Virus record (IMG/VR): IMGVR_UViG_3300046723_000197
Coordinates: 1-55,102 of that record
Strand: one strand, 5' to 3'
Length of the DNA stretch: 55,102 nucleotides
From: a virus
Lineage: Duplodnaviria; Caudoviricetes
The stretch's first letter is position 1; the number at the start of each line of letters is the position of its first letter. The position numbers were made by a program, and so were the translations under genes. Below, one piece after another: positions 45,791 through 55,102 of the stretch. Under the pieces are notes generated by a model. That model worked only from the letters and a program-made list of their open reading frames with translations. It was not told where the DNA came from and ran no database searches.

Positions 45791-47287
45791 ATGGCAGCTA
45801 TCCCGGTTTTCAGTCACGTGGTGATCGTGGCGATGGAAAACCACGGCTTCGGGCAGATCATCGGCGCCTCCACTGGTGCGCCGTTCATCAACAACACGCT
45901 GGTGCCGGGCGGGGCGCTGTTCAGCGGCTACCACGCGCCGGGGCACCCGAGCTTCCCTAACTATTTCGTCCTGGTGTCGGGCACGACGTGGGGGTCGGCG
46001 CAGTTCCAGACGGGCGGCGACAAATGCCCGCCGACCGGATGGCCGTTTACTGGGCCGAATATCGGGTCGCTGCTAGTGGCGAAGGGCCTGACGTTCAAGA
46101 ACTACTGCGAGAACCTGCCAGCCAACCACCAGTCGGGCGACGCCGCACCCTATTACGGGCACCACAACCCGATCCCGTTCTTCTCCAACGTCGCTAACAG
46201 CCTGACCGTCGATTTCACCACTTTCCCCACCACCACGGCTGGGTTTGCGGCGCTGCCGACAGTGTCGTTCGTCGTCCCCAATGGCAACGACGACATGCAC
46301 GACGGGACGGTCACCCAGGGCGACACCTGGCTCAACACCCATTTCAGTGCCTACGCGGCGTGGGCGAAGCTCAACAACTCGCTGCTGATCGTCTGGTGGG
46401 ATGAGGACTACGGGACGGCGGACAACCCGCCTGAGATTTTCTACGGTGCGAATGTCAAGGCCGGCCGCTACCCCGAGACGCCGCTGAGCCACGTCAATTT
46501 CCTGCGCACCTTGTGCGACATGTATGGCCTGGCGGCACCAGCCGGGGCGGCTACCGCAACCCCCGTCACTGATGTGTGGAGCGGCACCCCGCCACCGCCC
46601 AATGCGCTGATTATTGATACGACTTCCATCCCGGCCGCGACCGCCGGCACGTTCTACACCACCACACTGGCGGCCAGCGGCGGCACCCCGCCGTTCACCT
46701 GGTCGGTGGCCAGCGGACTGCCCCTCGGCATCACGATCAACGCCAGCAGCGGTGTCATCTCTGGCACAGCGGCGAACGGCGGGAACTTCCCGTTCACCGC
46801 ACAGGTGCACGACGTGGGCAGCCCCGTCCAGACCGACACCCAGGGACTGACGCTGGTGGTGAACACCGGCCCCCCGCCGCCCCCCGGGCAGCCGTCGATC
46901 ACCACCACCAGCCTGCCCAATGGCCAGGTGGCCACCGCCTACTCGGTCACCTTGATGGGCACTGGCGGCACGCCGCCGTATGCGTGGTCGCTCATCGGCA
47001 GCCTGCCCTCAGGACTGGCCCTGTCCGGGGCAGTGCTCTCCGGTATTCCGGGCAGTGCGGGGTCGTTCAATCTCACGGCCCACCTGCTCGACTTCGCCGG
47101 GCAGTCCGCCACCCCGGTGCCACTGACCCTGACTGTGGGCACTGGGCCACCGCCACCGCCCCCGCCGAGTGGCAGCCCATTCGCTACCGGCGCGGGGGTC
47201 AGCACCACCATGGTGCCTGCTGATGTCATGGGGGCCACGCTGGTGAACACGCTCGGCTTCGTCGCTATCCAGGATGTGACACCGTGA
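45791..47287 (+). CDS. Phosphoesterase (acid phosphatase/PLC family) fused to He_PIG Ig domains
   Basis: HVVIVAMENH, HPSFPNY, HNP, LPTVSFVVPN..DDMHDG, WWDED. Confidence 0.82.
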   Translation: MAAIPVFSHVVIVAMENHGFGQIIGASTGAPFINNTLVPGGALFSGYHAPGHPSFPNYFVLVSGTTWGSAQFQTGGDKCPPTGWPFTGPNIGSLLVAKGLTFKNYCENLPANHQSGDAAPYYGHHNPIPFFSNVANSLTVDFTTFPTTTAGFAALPTVSFVVPNGNDDMHDGTVTQGDTWLNTHFSAYAAWAKLNNSLLIVWWDEDYGTADNPPEIFYGANVKAGRYPETPLSHVNFLRTLCDMYGLAAPAGAATATPVTDVWSGTPPPPNALIIDTTSIPAATAGTFYTTTLAASGGTPPFTWSVASGLPLGITINASSGVISGTAANGGNFPFTAQVHDVGSPVQTDTQGLTLVVNTGPPPPPGQPSITTTSLPNGQVATAYSVTLMGTGGTPPYAWSLIGSLPSGLALSGAVLSGIPGSAGSFNLTAHLLDFAGQSATPVPLTLTVGTGPPPPPPPSGSPFATGAGVSTTMVPADVMGATLVNTLGFVAIQDVTP

Positions 47288-48207
47288 CCGCCCTCATCCC
47301 GCCGAACAACCTCCAGCCAGGCGACCCGCTGCACATCTTCTACCACAACAACATCGCTGACGTGCTGACCCAGCAGAACACGCTCCTGCTGGTGCCGACA
47401 GCGGTGCTCACCGCGAACTACACCGCTAATCCGCGTGACCTGGTGCTGATGGACACCACAGCAGGCAGTCTGGTCGTCTCGCTGCCAGTCGCCCCGCCGG
47501 ACATGACGTGCATCGAAGTGAAGATGGTCGGCACCACCGGCGGCCACACCACCACGATCAACACTGGCGGCGCTGACCAGTTCAACGCGGACGGCACCAC
47601 CAGCCGCACCCTGACCACCCTCGGCCAGTCGCTCACGCTGCTGTATTCGGCGGCGGCGTCCCGCTGGTATGGGCTGCAAGGTGAGAACGCGGCCGGCTCA
47701 GGCATGACCAACCCAATGTCGGTCCTCGGTGACATCATCTACGGCGGCTCCGCTGGCGCGGCGACCCGGCTGGCCGGCGACACGACCAACGTGCGCAAAC
47801 TGCTGCGCAGCCTGTCATCGGCTGGGGTGGCGGCAGCACCCGTGTGGGACACGCTCACCACCACCGACATGCCGAACCAGATAGCGGCCAAGGTGGTGGC
47901 GCTGAGCGACACCTCCACCATCGCGGTCGATGCTTCTCTTGGCAATGACTTCCGGGTCACCATCGGGGCCAGCCGCACCATGGGCAACCCCACTAACCCG
48001 CTCGACGGGCAGAAGATCCTGTTCCAGATCACCCAGGGCGGCGCCGGCTCGTTCACGATCACCTGGAGCAACGCCTACATCTTCTCCACCGGCCTGCCCC
48101 AGCCCACCCTGACCACCACGACGGCCAAGACGGACCTGGTCGGCTTCGTCTACAACGGCAGCAAATCCAAGTGGCTGATGGTGGCTTACGTGCTCGGATT
48201 TAGCTAA
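47284..48207 (+). CDS. Tail fibre-like protein
   Basis: GDIIYGGSAGAATRL; C-terminus paralogous to 39940-40587. Confidence 0.7.
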   Translation: MTALIPPNNLQPGDPLHIFYHNNIADVLTQQNTLLLVPTAVLTANYTANPRDLVLMDTTAGSLVVSLPVAPPDMTCIEVKMVGTTGGHTTTINTGGADQFNADGTTSRTLTTLGQSLTLLYSAAASRWYGLQGENAAGSGMTNPMSVLGDIIYGGSAGAATRLAGDTTNVRKLLRSLSSAGVAAAPVWDTLTTTDMPNQIAAKVVALSDTSTIAVDASLGNDFRVTIGASRTMGNPTNPLDGQKILFQITQGGAGSFTITWSNAYIFSTGLPQPTLTTTTAKTDLVGFVYNGSKSKWLMVAYVLGFS

Positions 48208-48905
48208 TGAGCGCGGCGGTCGCATCGGCGACAGGCTTCAGCACGGGCGCCAACATCACTGCCCTCACCGCTACTGTCACCCTGCCCAGCGGTGCCATGA
48301 ACGGTGACGTGATAGTTATCTTCGTCAACGAGACCGGCTCGGGCCTTACCTGGTCGGTCCCGAACTTCACCGCTGTCACGGCGGCGAGCGGGACCAACTG
48401 CTCCTGCCAGGTGCTGTACCGGATACTCGACGGCAGCGGCAACGACCCTGGGGCCACGTTCACGATCACCGAATCCGCCGGCGGCCAGTTCGCTGGGACG
48501 TGCATGCGGGTCACGGGTGCGAGCAACACCAGCCCGTTCGACCCGGCGCCCACCTCCGGGCAGGTCAACGCCTCATCCACGAACATCACCGCGCCGGGGA
48601 TCACCACCACAGTCAACGGCGACCTGCTGATCTGGGGCGGGTGTGACCGGGTGCCCAGCGGCGCGCCGAACGCGATCACCCTGCCCGCTGGCTACACCGA
48701 CAGCGGGGCTGGCCAGAGCAGCAGCAGTGCTGCTGGCCACAGCAACTCGGGGAACATTGCCGGCTACATCACGCAGGGCTCAGCTGGTGCCACCGGCAAC
48801 GTGGTCGGCACGGAAGGCTCAGCCACCGCCAACGGCGCTGTCCTGCTCGGAATGCAGGCTGCCGCAGCTGTCACCGCCGCCAGCAATATGCTGCTTATCT
48901 ACTGA
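48207..48905 (+). CDS. Ser/Thr/Gly-rich putative fibre accessory protein
   Basis: TLPSG..NGDVIVI, TAPGITTT.NGDLLI. Confidence 0.6.
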   Translation: MSAAVASATGFSTGANITALTATVTLPSGAMNGDVIVIFVNETGSGLTWSVPNFTAVTAASGTNCSCQVLYRILDGSGNDPGATFTITESAGGQFAGTCMRVTGASNTSPFDPAPTSGQVNASSTNITAPGITTTVNGDLLIWGGCDRVPSGAPNAITLPAGYTDSGAGQSSSSAAGHSNSGNIAGYITQGSAGATGNVVGTEGSATANGAVLLGMQAAAAVTAASNMLLIY

Positions 48906-48914
48906 GGAGGCCCG

Positions 48915-50225
48915 ATGCCCGTCCTGAGCGGCCAGGTTCCGCCTCCACCGCCGCCACCGCCGCCGCCACCGCCACCCAGGCTGGCTGGGCCACGGCGGGA
49001 CTGGCAGTTTGTCCTCGGCCCGCCCACAGGCGGGTGGGTCACCCCGCTGACGCAGGCGACGAGCCGGACAGTCACCTGGCGGCTCACCGACTCGCACGAG
49101 GCCAGTTTCACAGTCAACTGTGACGCGGGGCTCGATACTGGGATCGTGCCGCTGGTCACCGACCTGCATGTGCTGTTCGCCGGGCTGCCGCTGTTCCGTG
49201 GCCGCGTCGGGATCGGCGGGAACTGCTCGGACGTGATCAGCGCCACCAGCGGGCACCACGCAACATTCCCGGCGCTGTCCTACCGGGGCATCCTGGAACG
49301 GCGCATCTTTTATGGCAACACCGACCGGGTGTTCACCAACATGGACATGGCCCCGCTGGTCATGGCGATCCTCGGCATGACCCAGACCCAGCAAGGCGGG
49401 GGGCTGGGCATCACCGGCGGGATCGGTTTCCCCACGCTGGGCCATATTGTCCCCACCCAGACGGTCACCAGCGGCGATGTCATCGGCCAGCTGATAGACG
49501 AACTCGCCTACCAGAAGGACATCGGGTTCGACTGGGACATCACCCCGCAGGATCAGTCGCTCCAGACGATCGACCTGTGGCTGGGCTCGCGCGGCACCGA
49601 CCGGGGTGTTGTCCTGCAGTTCGGTGATGGGCTGACCACGGGTGAATGGACGCGGGACCTGGACACGTCGGTGTATGCGAACGCGCTGCACATGAGCGGC
49701 TCCGCGCCGGCGCCCACCAAGGCGGTGCCGTCGCCGGTGCCGCCCACCCCGGTTGAGGTCGTCGTGTCCGATATTGCGACCCGGCCGGAAGGCCGCTGGG
49801 ATGCGGTGCTGACTTCCGAGGAGCTGGATGAGAGCCATCTCGCCGCCTACGCCGAGCTGACCCTGGCAGCCGACGCGATAGCCACCCCCTCCTACACCAT
49901 TCCCCTGAAGCCGGGTGCGTGGGGCGGCCCGTCGCATATCTGGATCGGCGACATTGTGCATGTGGTGCTCCAGTCGGGCCGGTTCCAGGGGACGCGGGAA
50001 CGGCTGCGGGTGCTGGAGATCAGCGCGAACGTCGGGCAGGATCTGGTGCAGGTGGTGCTGACCCTCGGCGCACCGAGGCTCGACGTTCACCGGCAGCTGC
50101 GCCGGCTCGCCCGTGAGCTGCGCAAGGCACGTAAGCACCGGCACGCGGGCCGTGACCCACGGCCCATCTACCAGATCACCGGCCCGTCGAGCGGGCTGAG
50201 CCAGAACTTCGGGGAGGGGATATAA
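48915..50225 (+). CDS. Siphovirus baseplate hub / Tal-like minor tail protein
   Basis: EASFT, LFRGRV, GFDWDI, GDIVHV....GR.....LRVLEI; N-terminal poly-Pro. Confidence 0.7.
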   Translation: MPVLSGQVPPPPPPPPPPPPPRLAGPRRDWQFVLGPPTGGWVTPLTQATSRTVTWRLTDSHEASFTVNCDAGLDTGIVPLVTDLHVLFAGLPLFRGRVGIGGNCSDVISATSGHHATFPALSYRGILERRIFYGNTDRVFTNMDMAPLVMAILGMTQTQQGGGLGITGGIGFPTLGHIVPTQTVTSGDVIGQLIDELAYQKDIGFDWDITPQDQSLQTIDLWLGSRGTDRGVVLQFGDGLTTGEWTRDLDTSVYANALHMSGSAPAPTKAVPSPVPPTPVEVVVSDIATRPEGRWDAVLTSEELDESHLAAYAELTLAADAIATPSYTIPLKPGAWGGPSHIWIGDIVHVVLQSGRFQGTRERLRVLEISANVGQDLVQVVLTLGAPRLDVHRQLRRLARELRKARKHRHAGRDPRPIYQITGPSSGLSQNFGEGI

Positions 50226-52028
50226 ATGGCCACCGCGATCCCCCCGGATTCGTCCCGGGCGGGTGACTCCGGTCACGTGGATTTCCACAACAACATCTCG
50301 GACGTGCTGTCGCTGTATGCGCAGGCGCTGGCCCAGCAGGCTCACGCCTCGGCCTCCGGCAATGCCGCGATGATATCTGCCATCCAGGCGCAAGTGAGTG
50401 CGCCCGGCGGCGGCTACAGCTTTGGCTCCCCCCCTAACGCCCTCAACCCGGTCTACGCCGGTGGCGCTGACCCTGCCGGCGTGGCGGATTCGACAGCGGC
50501 GATCCAGGCGGCGCTGAACGCCACCAGCGCCGGTCAGCCGACCGTGCTGCCGGTGGGCACGTTCCTGATCTCCTCACCGATCACCATGTTCTCCGGGGAT
50601 GAGCTGATGGGCAGCCACGGCTCTAAGCATGTCCTGACCGGCACCATCCTGAAACTGTCCGCTTCATTCGCGGGCGCTGCCGCGATCATCCTCGCCCCCA
50701 GCTCGTCCGAGCAGCGGGTCACCCGGGTCAACATCGACGGGTCGCTCGCCACAGCGAACACGGTCATCGGGATCAAAGCCGACACCTCCACCGGCCCCGT
50801 GCAGTACGTCCAGCTGTCGGACATCCTGATTACCGGCGCGGGCATCTCCACCGGCGTATCTGCGCAGTCCACCGGGGCGAACCTGCCCAACGGGTGGCGG
50901 TGTGAACGGGTCGTCGTCCTGAACAACGGCGGCACCGGCATCCTGCTGGCCAACGCCGCCGATGGCCACTGGACCAACTGCCAGACGATCGGCGCCGGGA
51001 ACTTCGGCTGGTCCATCAACGGCTGCACCAACAGCCTGTTCACCGCGTGCCGCGCTGACTTCGCCGTCAACGACGGGTGGGCCGTCACCGGCTCCTGGTC
51101 AACCGGTGCCGGGTCGGGCGGCTGCCAGTGGATCGGCTGCTCCACCGACCGCAACGGCCATTCCGGGGTGAACATCACCGCCACCGGCAGTGTGCCGATG
51201 TTCTTCGACGGGATCATGTGCCGCCGCGACGGCTCCTCTTCCGTCTCCGGCGGGTTCGCCGGGCTGCGGCTGAACGGGGCCACGGTGCCGGTGACGGTGG
51301 ACGGGATCACCGTGTGGCCGGGGCCAGCGGACGACGGGTCGGGGAACGTTACCCCCCAGTACGGCATCAGTGTTATCGGGTCATCTGCATACCTGCAAGT
51401 CGCGTCCGGGTATGTGCAGGGCGTGTCGTCGTCGGTGAATAACGACGCAACCAACACCTACGTGGGTATTTCGCTAGATACGATCCGTGCGTCCGGGCCG
51501 AACACGGCGGCGGTGTTCGACGGTCAGGCCACCTCGAAGGCGAATATTTCTGAGGTGGACGTGGCGAGTACCGGTACCGAAACTGACCTGGTCACGCTGA
51601 CACTGCCAACGGGCTACCTGAAAGCGGGGACCGCATTCCGCATCGACCTGTCTGGCACCGCCCAGTTCATTTCCACCTCCGGGACGCTCACATTCAGGGC
51701 CTACCTCGGCGGCGTGGTTTCGACGGAGACGGTGCAGATGGCGAGCCAGGGAAGCGCCGGCGGCCCGTCCGGGTTCTGGCTCACCATGCTGGTCACCGTC
51801 CGTGCCGCTGGCGTGTCCGGCACGTTCGTCTCCACTGGGCGCGGCGAAATCGAGTCCGCCACCCGGGTCAACCTGTCGCAGGGCAACGTGCTGACCACGG
51901 CTACCGTGAACACGACTCAGGCGTCACCGGTCGTCAAGGTCTCTGCGCAGTGGCAGACCGCTGACCCCTCCAATGCGCTCAAGGTGTCGGTAGCGACGAT
52001 TGAGCCGGCCGGCCGGGTGCTGACATGA
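50226..52028 (+). CDS. Tailspike-like pectate-lyase-fold beta-helix protein
   Basis: GADPAGVADSTAAIQAALNA...LPVGTFLIS; repeated beta-helix motifs. Confidence 0.8.
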   Translation: MATAIPPDSSRAGDSGHVDFHNNISDVLSLYAQALAQQAHASASGNAAMISAIQAQVSAPGGGYSFGSPPNALNPVYAGGADPAGVADSTAAIQAALNATSAGQPTVLPVGTFLISSPITMFSGDELMGSHGSKHVLTGTILKLSASFAGAAAIILAPSSSEQRVTRVNIDGSLATANTVIGIKADTSTGPVQYVQLSDILITGAGISTGVSAQSTGANLPNGWRCERVVVLNNGGTGILLANAADGHWTNCQTIGAGNFGWSINGCTNSLFTACRADFAVNDGWAVTGSWSTGAGSGGCQWIGCSTDRNGHSGVNITATGSVPMFFDGIMCRRDGSSSVSGGFAGLRLNGATVPVTVDGITVWPGPADDGSGNVTPQYGISVIGSSAYLQVASGYVQGVSSSVNNDATNTYVGISLDTIRASGPNTAAVFDGQATSKANISEVDVASTGTETDLVTLTLPTGYLKAGTAFRIDLSGTAQFISTSGTLTFRAYLGGVVSTETVQMASQGSAGGPSGFWLTMLVTVRAAGVSGTFVSTGRGEIESATRVNLSQGNVLTTATVNTTQASPVVKVSAQWQTADPSNALKVSVATIEPAGRVLT

Positions 52029-52041
52029 AAATCTCTCACGC

Positions 52042-52923
52042 CTAGTGGTGGATGATCAGGATGATCGCCACTACGACGGAGACCAGGACGGCGACGATGC
52101 TGATCCCCACGGTGATCTGGCTACGGACGCGGTCGCTGGCCGCGATCCGTTCCATCTGGGTATAAGTGTTATCTGACCGCTGTTCCCCGCGCTGCTCATT
52201 GCGGCCCACCCCGCCCGCTTCCAGCCGCACGATCCGTTCCTTGATGTCAGCGAAAGTGTCCGCGAGAGCCTGCAGCCCCGTCTGTGTCTGGGCCGCGTTG
52301 GCGGTGATCGTTTCCTTGGTCGCCACCTCGGACTTGGAGATAGCGACCGTGTTCGACTCGTTCTGCTTCTCCACCGCCTTCTCGGCGGCGGCCAGGGCGG
52401 CGGCGAGGGCCAGGGCATTGGAGGCGAATAGCCCTTCGATCGCCTTGAATTTCTCCTCAGCCACGTCACCCACCCGGTGAGTCTCAGCGGTGGCCAGGGT
52501 GATCTGGGCCAGCGTGAACTCGCGCACATGCTGGGTCTCGGAAGTGATGTCAGTCGGGGTCTTGGCCACATCGGCGGCGAGCAGTTTCGTCGCCCGGTCG
52601 ATGGCGTCGATCCGCGCCTCGATGAGTTCCCGCAGGTTCGTGATCTCGATGCCGCGTTCTTCGCGGAGCCGGTCGCGGACGTGATCGATCTCCGTGTGGA
52701 GGTGGGTGACTTCGCCCGCATTGATGCTGGTGGCTTTGTCCATCCCGTCGAGGCGTGTCTCCAGCAGTTCCCGCAGTCCGCTGACCCGTTCGGTGATGGT
52801 CCGGTTGAGCGCCGCCTCGGTCTCACGCAGCTGCTGGGTAGTGAGCAGGGTCGGGTCAGGACGGGGCCGCCAGTCGTACTGGCGGGACGAGGCCGCCTGT
52901 GCGGCCACATCGTTCTCGGCCAT
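52042..52923 (-). CDS. Coiled-coil protein with C-terminal TM anchor
   Basis: Duplicated LRELxExRxDxxDxAT; terminal hydrophobic helix; start uncertain. Confidence 0.65.
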   Translation of the reverse strand: MAENDVAAQAASSRQYDWRPRPDPTLLTTQQLRETEAALNRTITERVSGLRELLETRLDGMDKATSINAGEVTHLHTEIDHVRDRLREERGIEITNLRELIEARIDAIDRATKLLAADVAKTPTDITSETQHVREFTLAQITLATAETHRVGDVAEEKFKAIEGLFASNALALAAALAAAEKAVEKQNESNTVAISKSEVATKETITANAAQTQTGLQALADTFADIKERIVRLEAGGVGRNEQRGEQRSDNTYTQMERIAASDRVRSQITVGISIVAVLVSVVVAIILIIHH

Positions 52924-53133
52924 CTCATCGCCGTTACCGTCAGGCGCAGGCATCCCGCGTCTTGCGGGGTGCCTTGCCATTGTGCCCCCCCCTGCACACA
53001 TATGAGCCGGTAGTTAACTAGCTTAACTGGCTACCCGTACCTGCCGCACTGAAGAAACTGGCCGCTATTACCACTGCCGGCGGCCTGTTACCAGCTACGC
53101 TGCTGGCAGCAGTCCCACGAAAGGGGACGCATT

Positions 53134-53334
53134 GTGACCGGTCTCATGGAGTACGTGGCCACACACCGCAAAGCGATCCTGGCTGGCCTGCTGGCAGGTA
53201 TCGCGGCCTATTTCGCCGCGTCGTCGGCGGGTGCCACCTGGAAGGCGTCCCTGGTGGCCGCTGTCATCGCGGCAGCCGGCAGTGGCACAGGCGTTCACTT
53301 CATCCCCAACAGGCCGGCGAAGCCAGCCGCTTAG
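53134..53334 (+). CDS. Holin-like small membrane protein
   Basis: RKAILA, two TM helices, GVHFIPN ending. Confidence 0.65.
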   Translation: MTGLMEYVATHRKAILAGLLAGIAAYFAASSAGATWKASLVAAVIAAAGSGTGVHFIPNRPAKPAA

Positions 53335-53346
53335 CCCCCCCCAGAC

Positions 53347-53387
53347 ACCCTCCCTGTGCCACGCGGCCGGCACAGGGAGGGTTTTTT
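53347..53387 (+). terminator. Rho-independent terminator
   Basis: ACCCTCCCTGTGCC / GGCACAGGGAGGGT stem followed by a T-run. Confidence 0.85.
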
Positions 53388-53522
53388 ACTCTCCGTAACT
53401 GACACCACCGGTTTCGCGGTGACACTATCGGCCCCTGCCCGGCTGGGTTAGGTTCGCCCAATTGCTGCCGCAGCCCTGACCCGCTGCGGCAGCGTCTTGT
53501 CCCCGGACCCCGGAGAAGAGCC

Positions 53523-54368
53523 GTGCTGCGCACCGGTCTGCAACTGCGCCCTGGGCGCTATCAGGTACCACGTTCAACTATCCGCCACTGGCCTATCCTG
53601 GCCGCCACCGTCACTGCCGCCACCGTGATCGTGGCGGCTTTCGCGTTCACCACCCCCCATCAGCGGCCCAGGATCGCCGCTGCCCGCACCCGGCACGCCG
53701 CCGCAAGGGTCACCAGGACCCGGGTGCTGGCGTCCGGGAGCGTCAGCCCTGGCCCCATGGGGGCGATGATGCACTTCGCCCCCCGTGCCCACGTTCAGCT
53801 GACCCGGTATGTAGTCCAGGCGGGTGACTCGTTGTCGCTGATCGCCCACCGGCTCTACGGCCAGGCGTCCGAATGGCCAGCGCTGTGGTGGGTGAACCGC
53901 TCGCACGTGCACAACCCGGCCGCCCTGAAGGTGGGCACGGTGCTGGACCTGTCGCTGCCCACGCACCCGCATGAGGCACGGCTGCTGAAAGCGGCGCTCG
54001 CGGCAATCCCCCAGCCGGTGGTGCGGCAAGGTGCTGCGCCCACCGCATCCACCGGCCAGGGGACGACTGCCCCCGCCCCAGTCGTCGCTGCCCCCGTCTC
54101 GGGAATCTACTCCTACTCCGCCCTGGAATCTCTGTGGGTGAGCGCGGGAGGCCCAGCGAGTGCGGAAGCTGCGGCGGCGACGATCGCTGAGTGCGAATCG
54201 GGTGGGAACCCGCAGGCGTACAACCCCTCGGGGGCTACGGGTTTGTGGCAAATCCTCGGGTCGGTGGTGCCTGGCAATCTGACTGACCCGATGGTCAATG
54301 CAGAAAATGCCGTGGCCAAGTTCCACGCCTCGGGTGACACGTTCGCGCAATGGGTGTGTACGGCATGA
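53523..54368 (+). CDS. Membrane-anchored or secreted LysM plus lysozyme-like transglycosylase
   Basis: YVVQAGDSLSLIA.RLYG (LysM); IAECESGGNP.AYNPSGATGLWQI. Confidence 0.82.
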   Translation: MLRTGLQLRPGRYQVPRSTIRHWPILAATVTAATVIVAAFAFTTPHQRPRIAAARTRHAAARVTRTRVLASGSVSPGPMGAMMHFAPRAHVQLTRYVVQAGDSLSLIAHRLYGQASEWPALWWVNRSHVHNPAALKVGTVLDLSLPTHPHEARLLKAALAAIPQPVVRQGAAPTASTGQGTTAPAPVVAAPVSGIYSYSALESLWVSAGGPASAEAAAATIAECESGGNPQAYNPSGATGLWQILGSVVPGNLTDPMVNAENAVAKFHASGDTFAQWVCTA

Positions 54369-54832
54369 GGGCGATCCGTAAACTTGCTGCCATACTCGTG
54401 CTCGCCGGGGCTGTCGCCCTTCCGGTTCAGGCTTCCGCGCCAGCCTCGGCGAGCACGTCCAGTCACCGCTTCGGCGCCTACGAATACGCGGTCCACCATC
54501 GCGGCTGCTGGTACTCGTGGGGGGGCACCGGGCCGTGCTCCTATGGTTATGACTGCAGTGGCCTGGTCGTCGCCGCCTACGCCAGCCAGGGCATCAGCCT
54601 GCCGAGGACTACCTACGACATGCTGGGCAGCTCGAAGCTGGTGCGGGTCAGCCACAGCCAGGCCCGTGAGGGTGACCTGGTTTTCTACGGCAGCGGGCAT
54701 GTGGAGCTGTACCGGTGGTCGCATGAGACGATCGGTGCGCTCACGTCCGGGACGGTGGTGAACTATCACCGCTGGTACTCCAGCTCGTGGTGGCAGCCCT
54801 CGGGTTACTACCACGTGCGCGGCGCGGGGTAG
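54365..54832 (+). CDS. Secreted NlpC/P60 peptidase
   Basis: Signal peptide; YSWGGTGP...YDCSGLV, LPRTT, GDLVFY..GHV. Confidence 0.9.
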   Translation: MRAIRKLAAILVLAGAVALPVQASAPASASTSSHRFGAYEYAVHHRGCWYSWGGTGPCSYGYDCSGLVVAAYASQGISLPRTTYDMLGSSKLVRVSHSQAREGDLVFYGSGHVELYRWSHETIGALTSGTVVNYHRWYSSSWWQPSGYYHVRGAG

Positions 54833-54841
54833 GGTCGTCCC

Positions 54842-55102
54842 GTGAAACCCCGGGGCAGCGAATGCCAGTGCGGCCTGTGCGGTGCCACGTTCACGGGCGT
54901 GACCCTGTTCGATAACCACCAGGACGTGAACTACACCCGCCAGCCGGTCATCATCTGCCGCGACCCCGTAGCGCTAGGACTGGGGCACGACCCCAGGGGT
55001 ACCTGGGGTACACCGGAAGGGCTGCGAGCGCGGGAGCGTTCGGCCTCGCTCCTCGCTGCGGCATGTTCAGCACGTGCCCAGGCAACGGCAGCGGACGATG
55101 CG
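54842..55102 (+). CDS. 3'-partial phage zinc-binding protein (FDXHR-like)
   Basis: Own translation from GTG 54842: CQCGLCGATFTGVTLFDNHQ...CRDP..LGL; open to the window end. Confidence 0.6.
   Translation, partial: MKPRGSECQCGLCGATFTGVTLFDNHQDVNYTRQPVIICRDPVALGLGHDPRGTWGTPEGLRARERSASLLAAACSARAQATAADDA

Noticed and set aside
48939-48976. CCG/CCA run
   Set aside because: Encodes a poly-proline linker; 3-nt period and no separator, so unrelated to the GGC-NN arrays.
53390-53522. c-di-AMP (ydaO) riboswitch upstream of the LysM hydrolase
   Set aside because: Context fits and a GCTGCCGCAGC hairpin is present, but I could not find the conserved ydaO sequence blocks.
1-55102. tRNA, rRNA, integrase or att site
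   Set aside because: None recognised by eye; temperate versus lytic lifestyle cannot be decided from this window.

Overview
This window is the virion-structural arm of a high-GC (actinobacterial-type) siphovirus or prophage. It runs from HK97 prohead protease and major capsid through head-tail genes, major tail, tape measure (with an SLT domain), Dit, Tal and many fibre/spike proteins to a holin and cell-wall hydrolases. An unusually large glycosyltransferase / methyltransferase / sugar-nucleotide set is interspersed. The standout feature is a compact, apparently RNA-guided cassette at 27870-30294: a 199-aa RAMP/Cas7-like gene plus a wHTH/coiled-coil gene, flanked by two divergent arrays of (GGC-NN)n pentamers cut into units by GGCTACCTCA. 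A third, protein-free mini-array lies at 14077-14197 (17 units in all). Reading only the variable NN dinucleotides and skipping every third target base, three units match genes right next to their arrays (14014-14046, 27687-27715, 30322-30347) in codon register. Several of the mismatches in the resident genes are synonymous Leu/Ser codon-family swaps. This points to a non-contiguous, wobble-skipping guide code aimed at homologous genes of competing phages, with self-escape. A conserved structured 5' leader also recurs before the capsid gene and a second structural gene. All protein assignments are motif recognition by eye; no searches were run.
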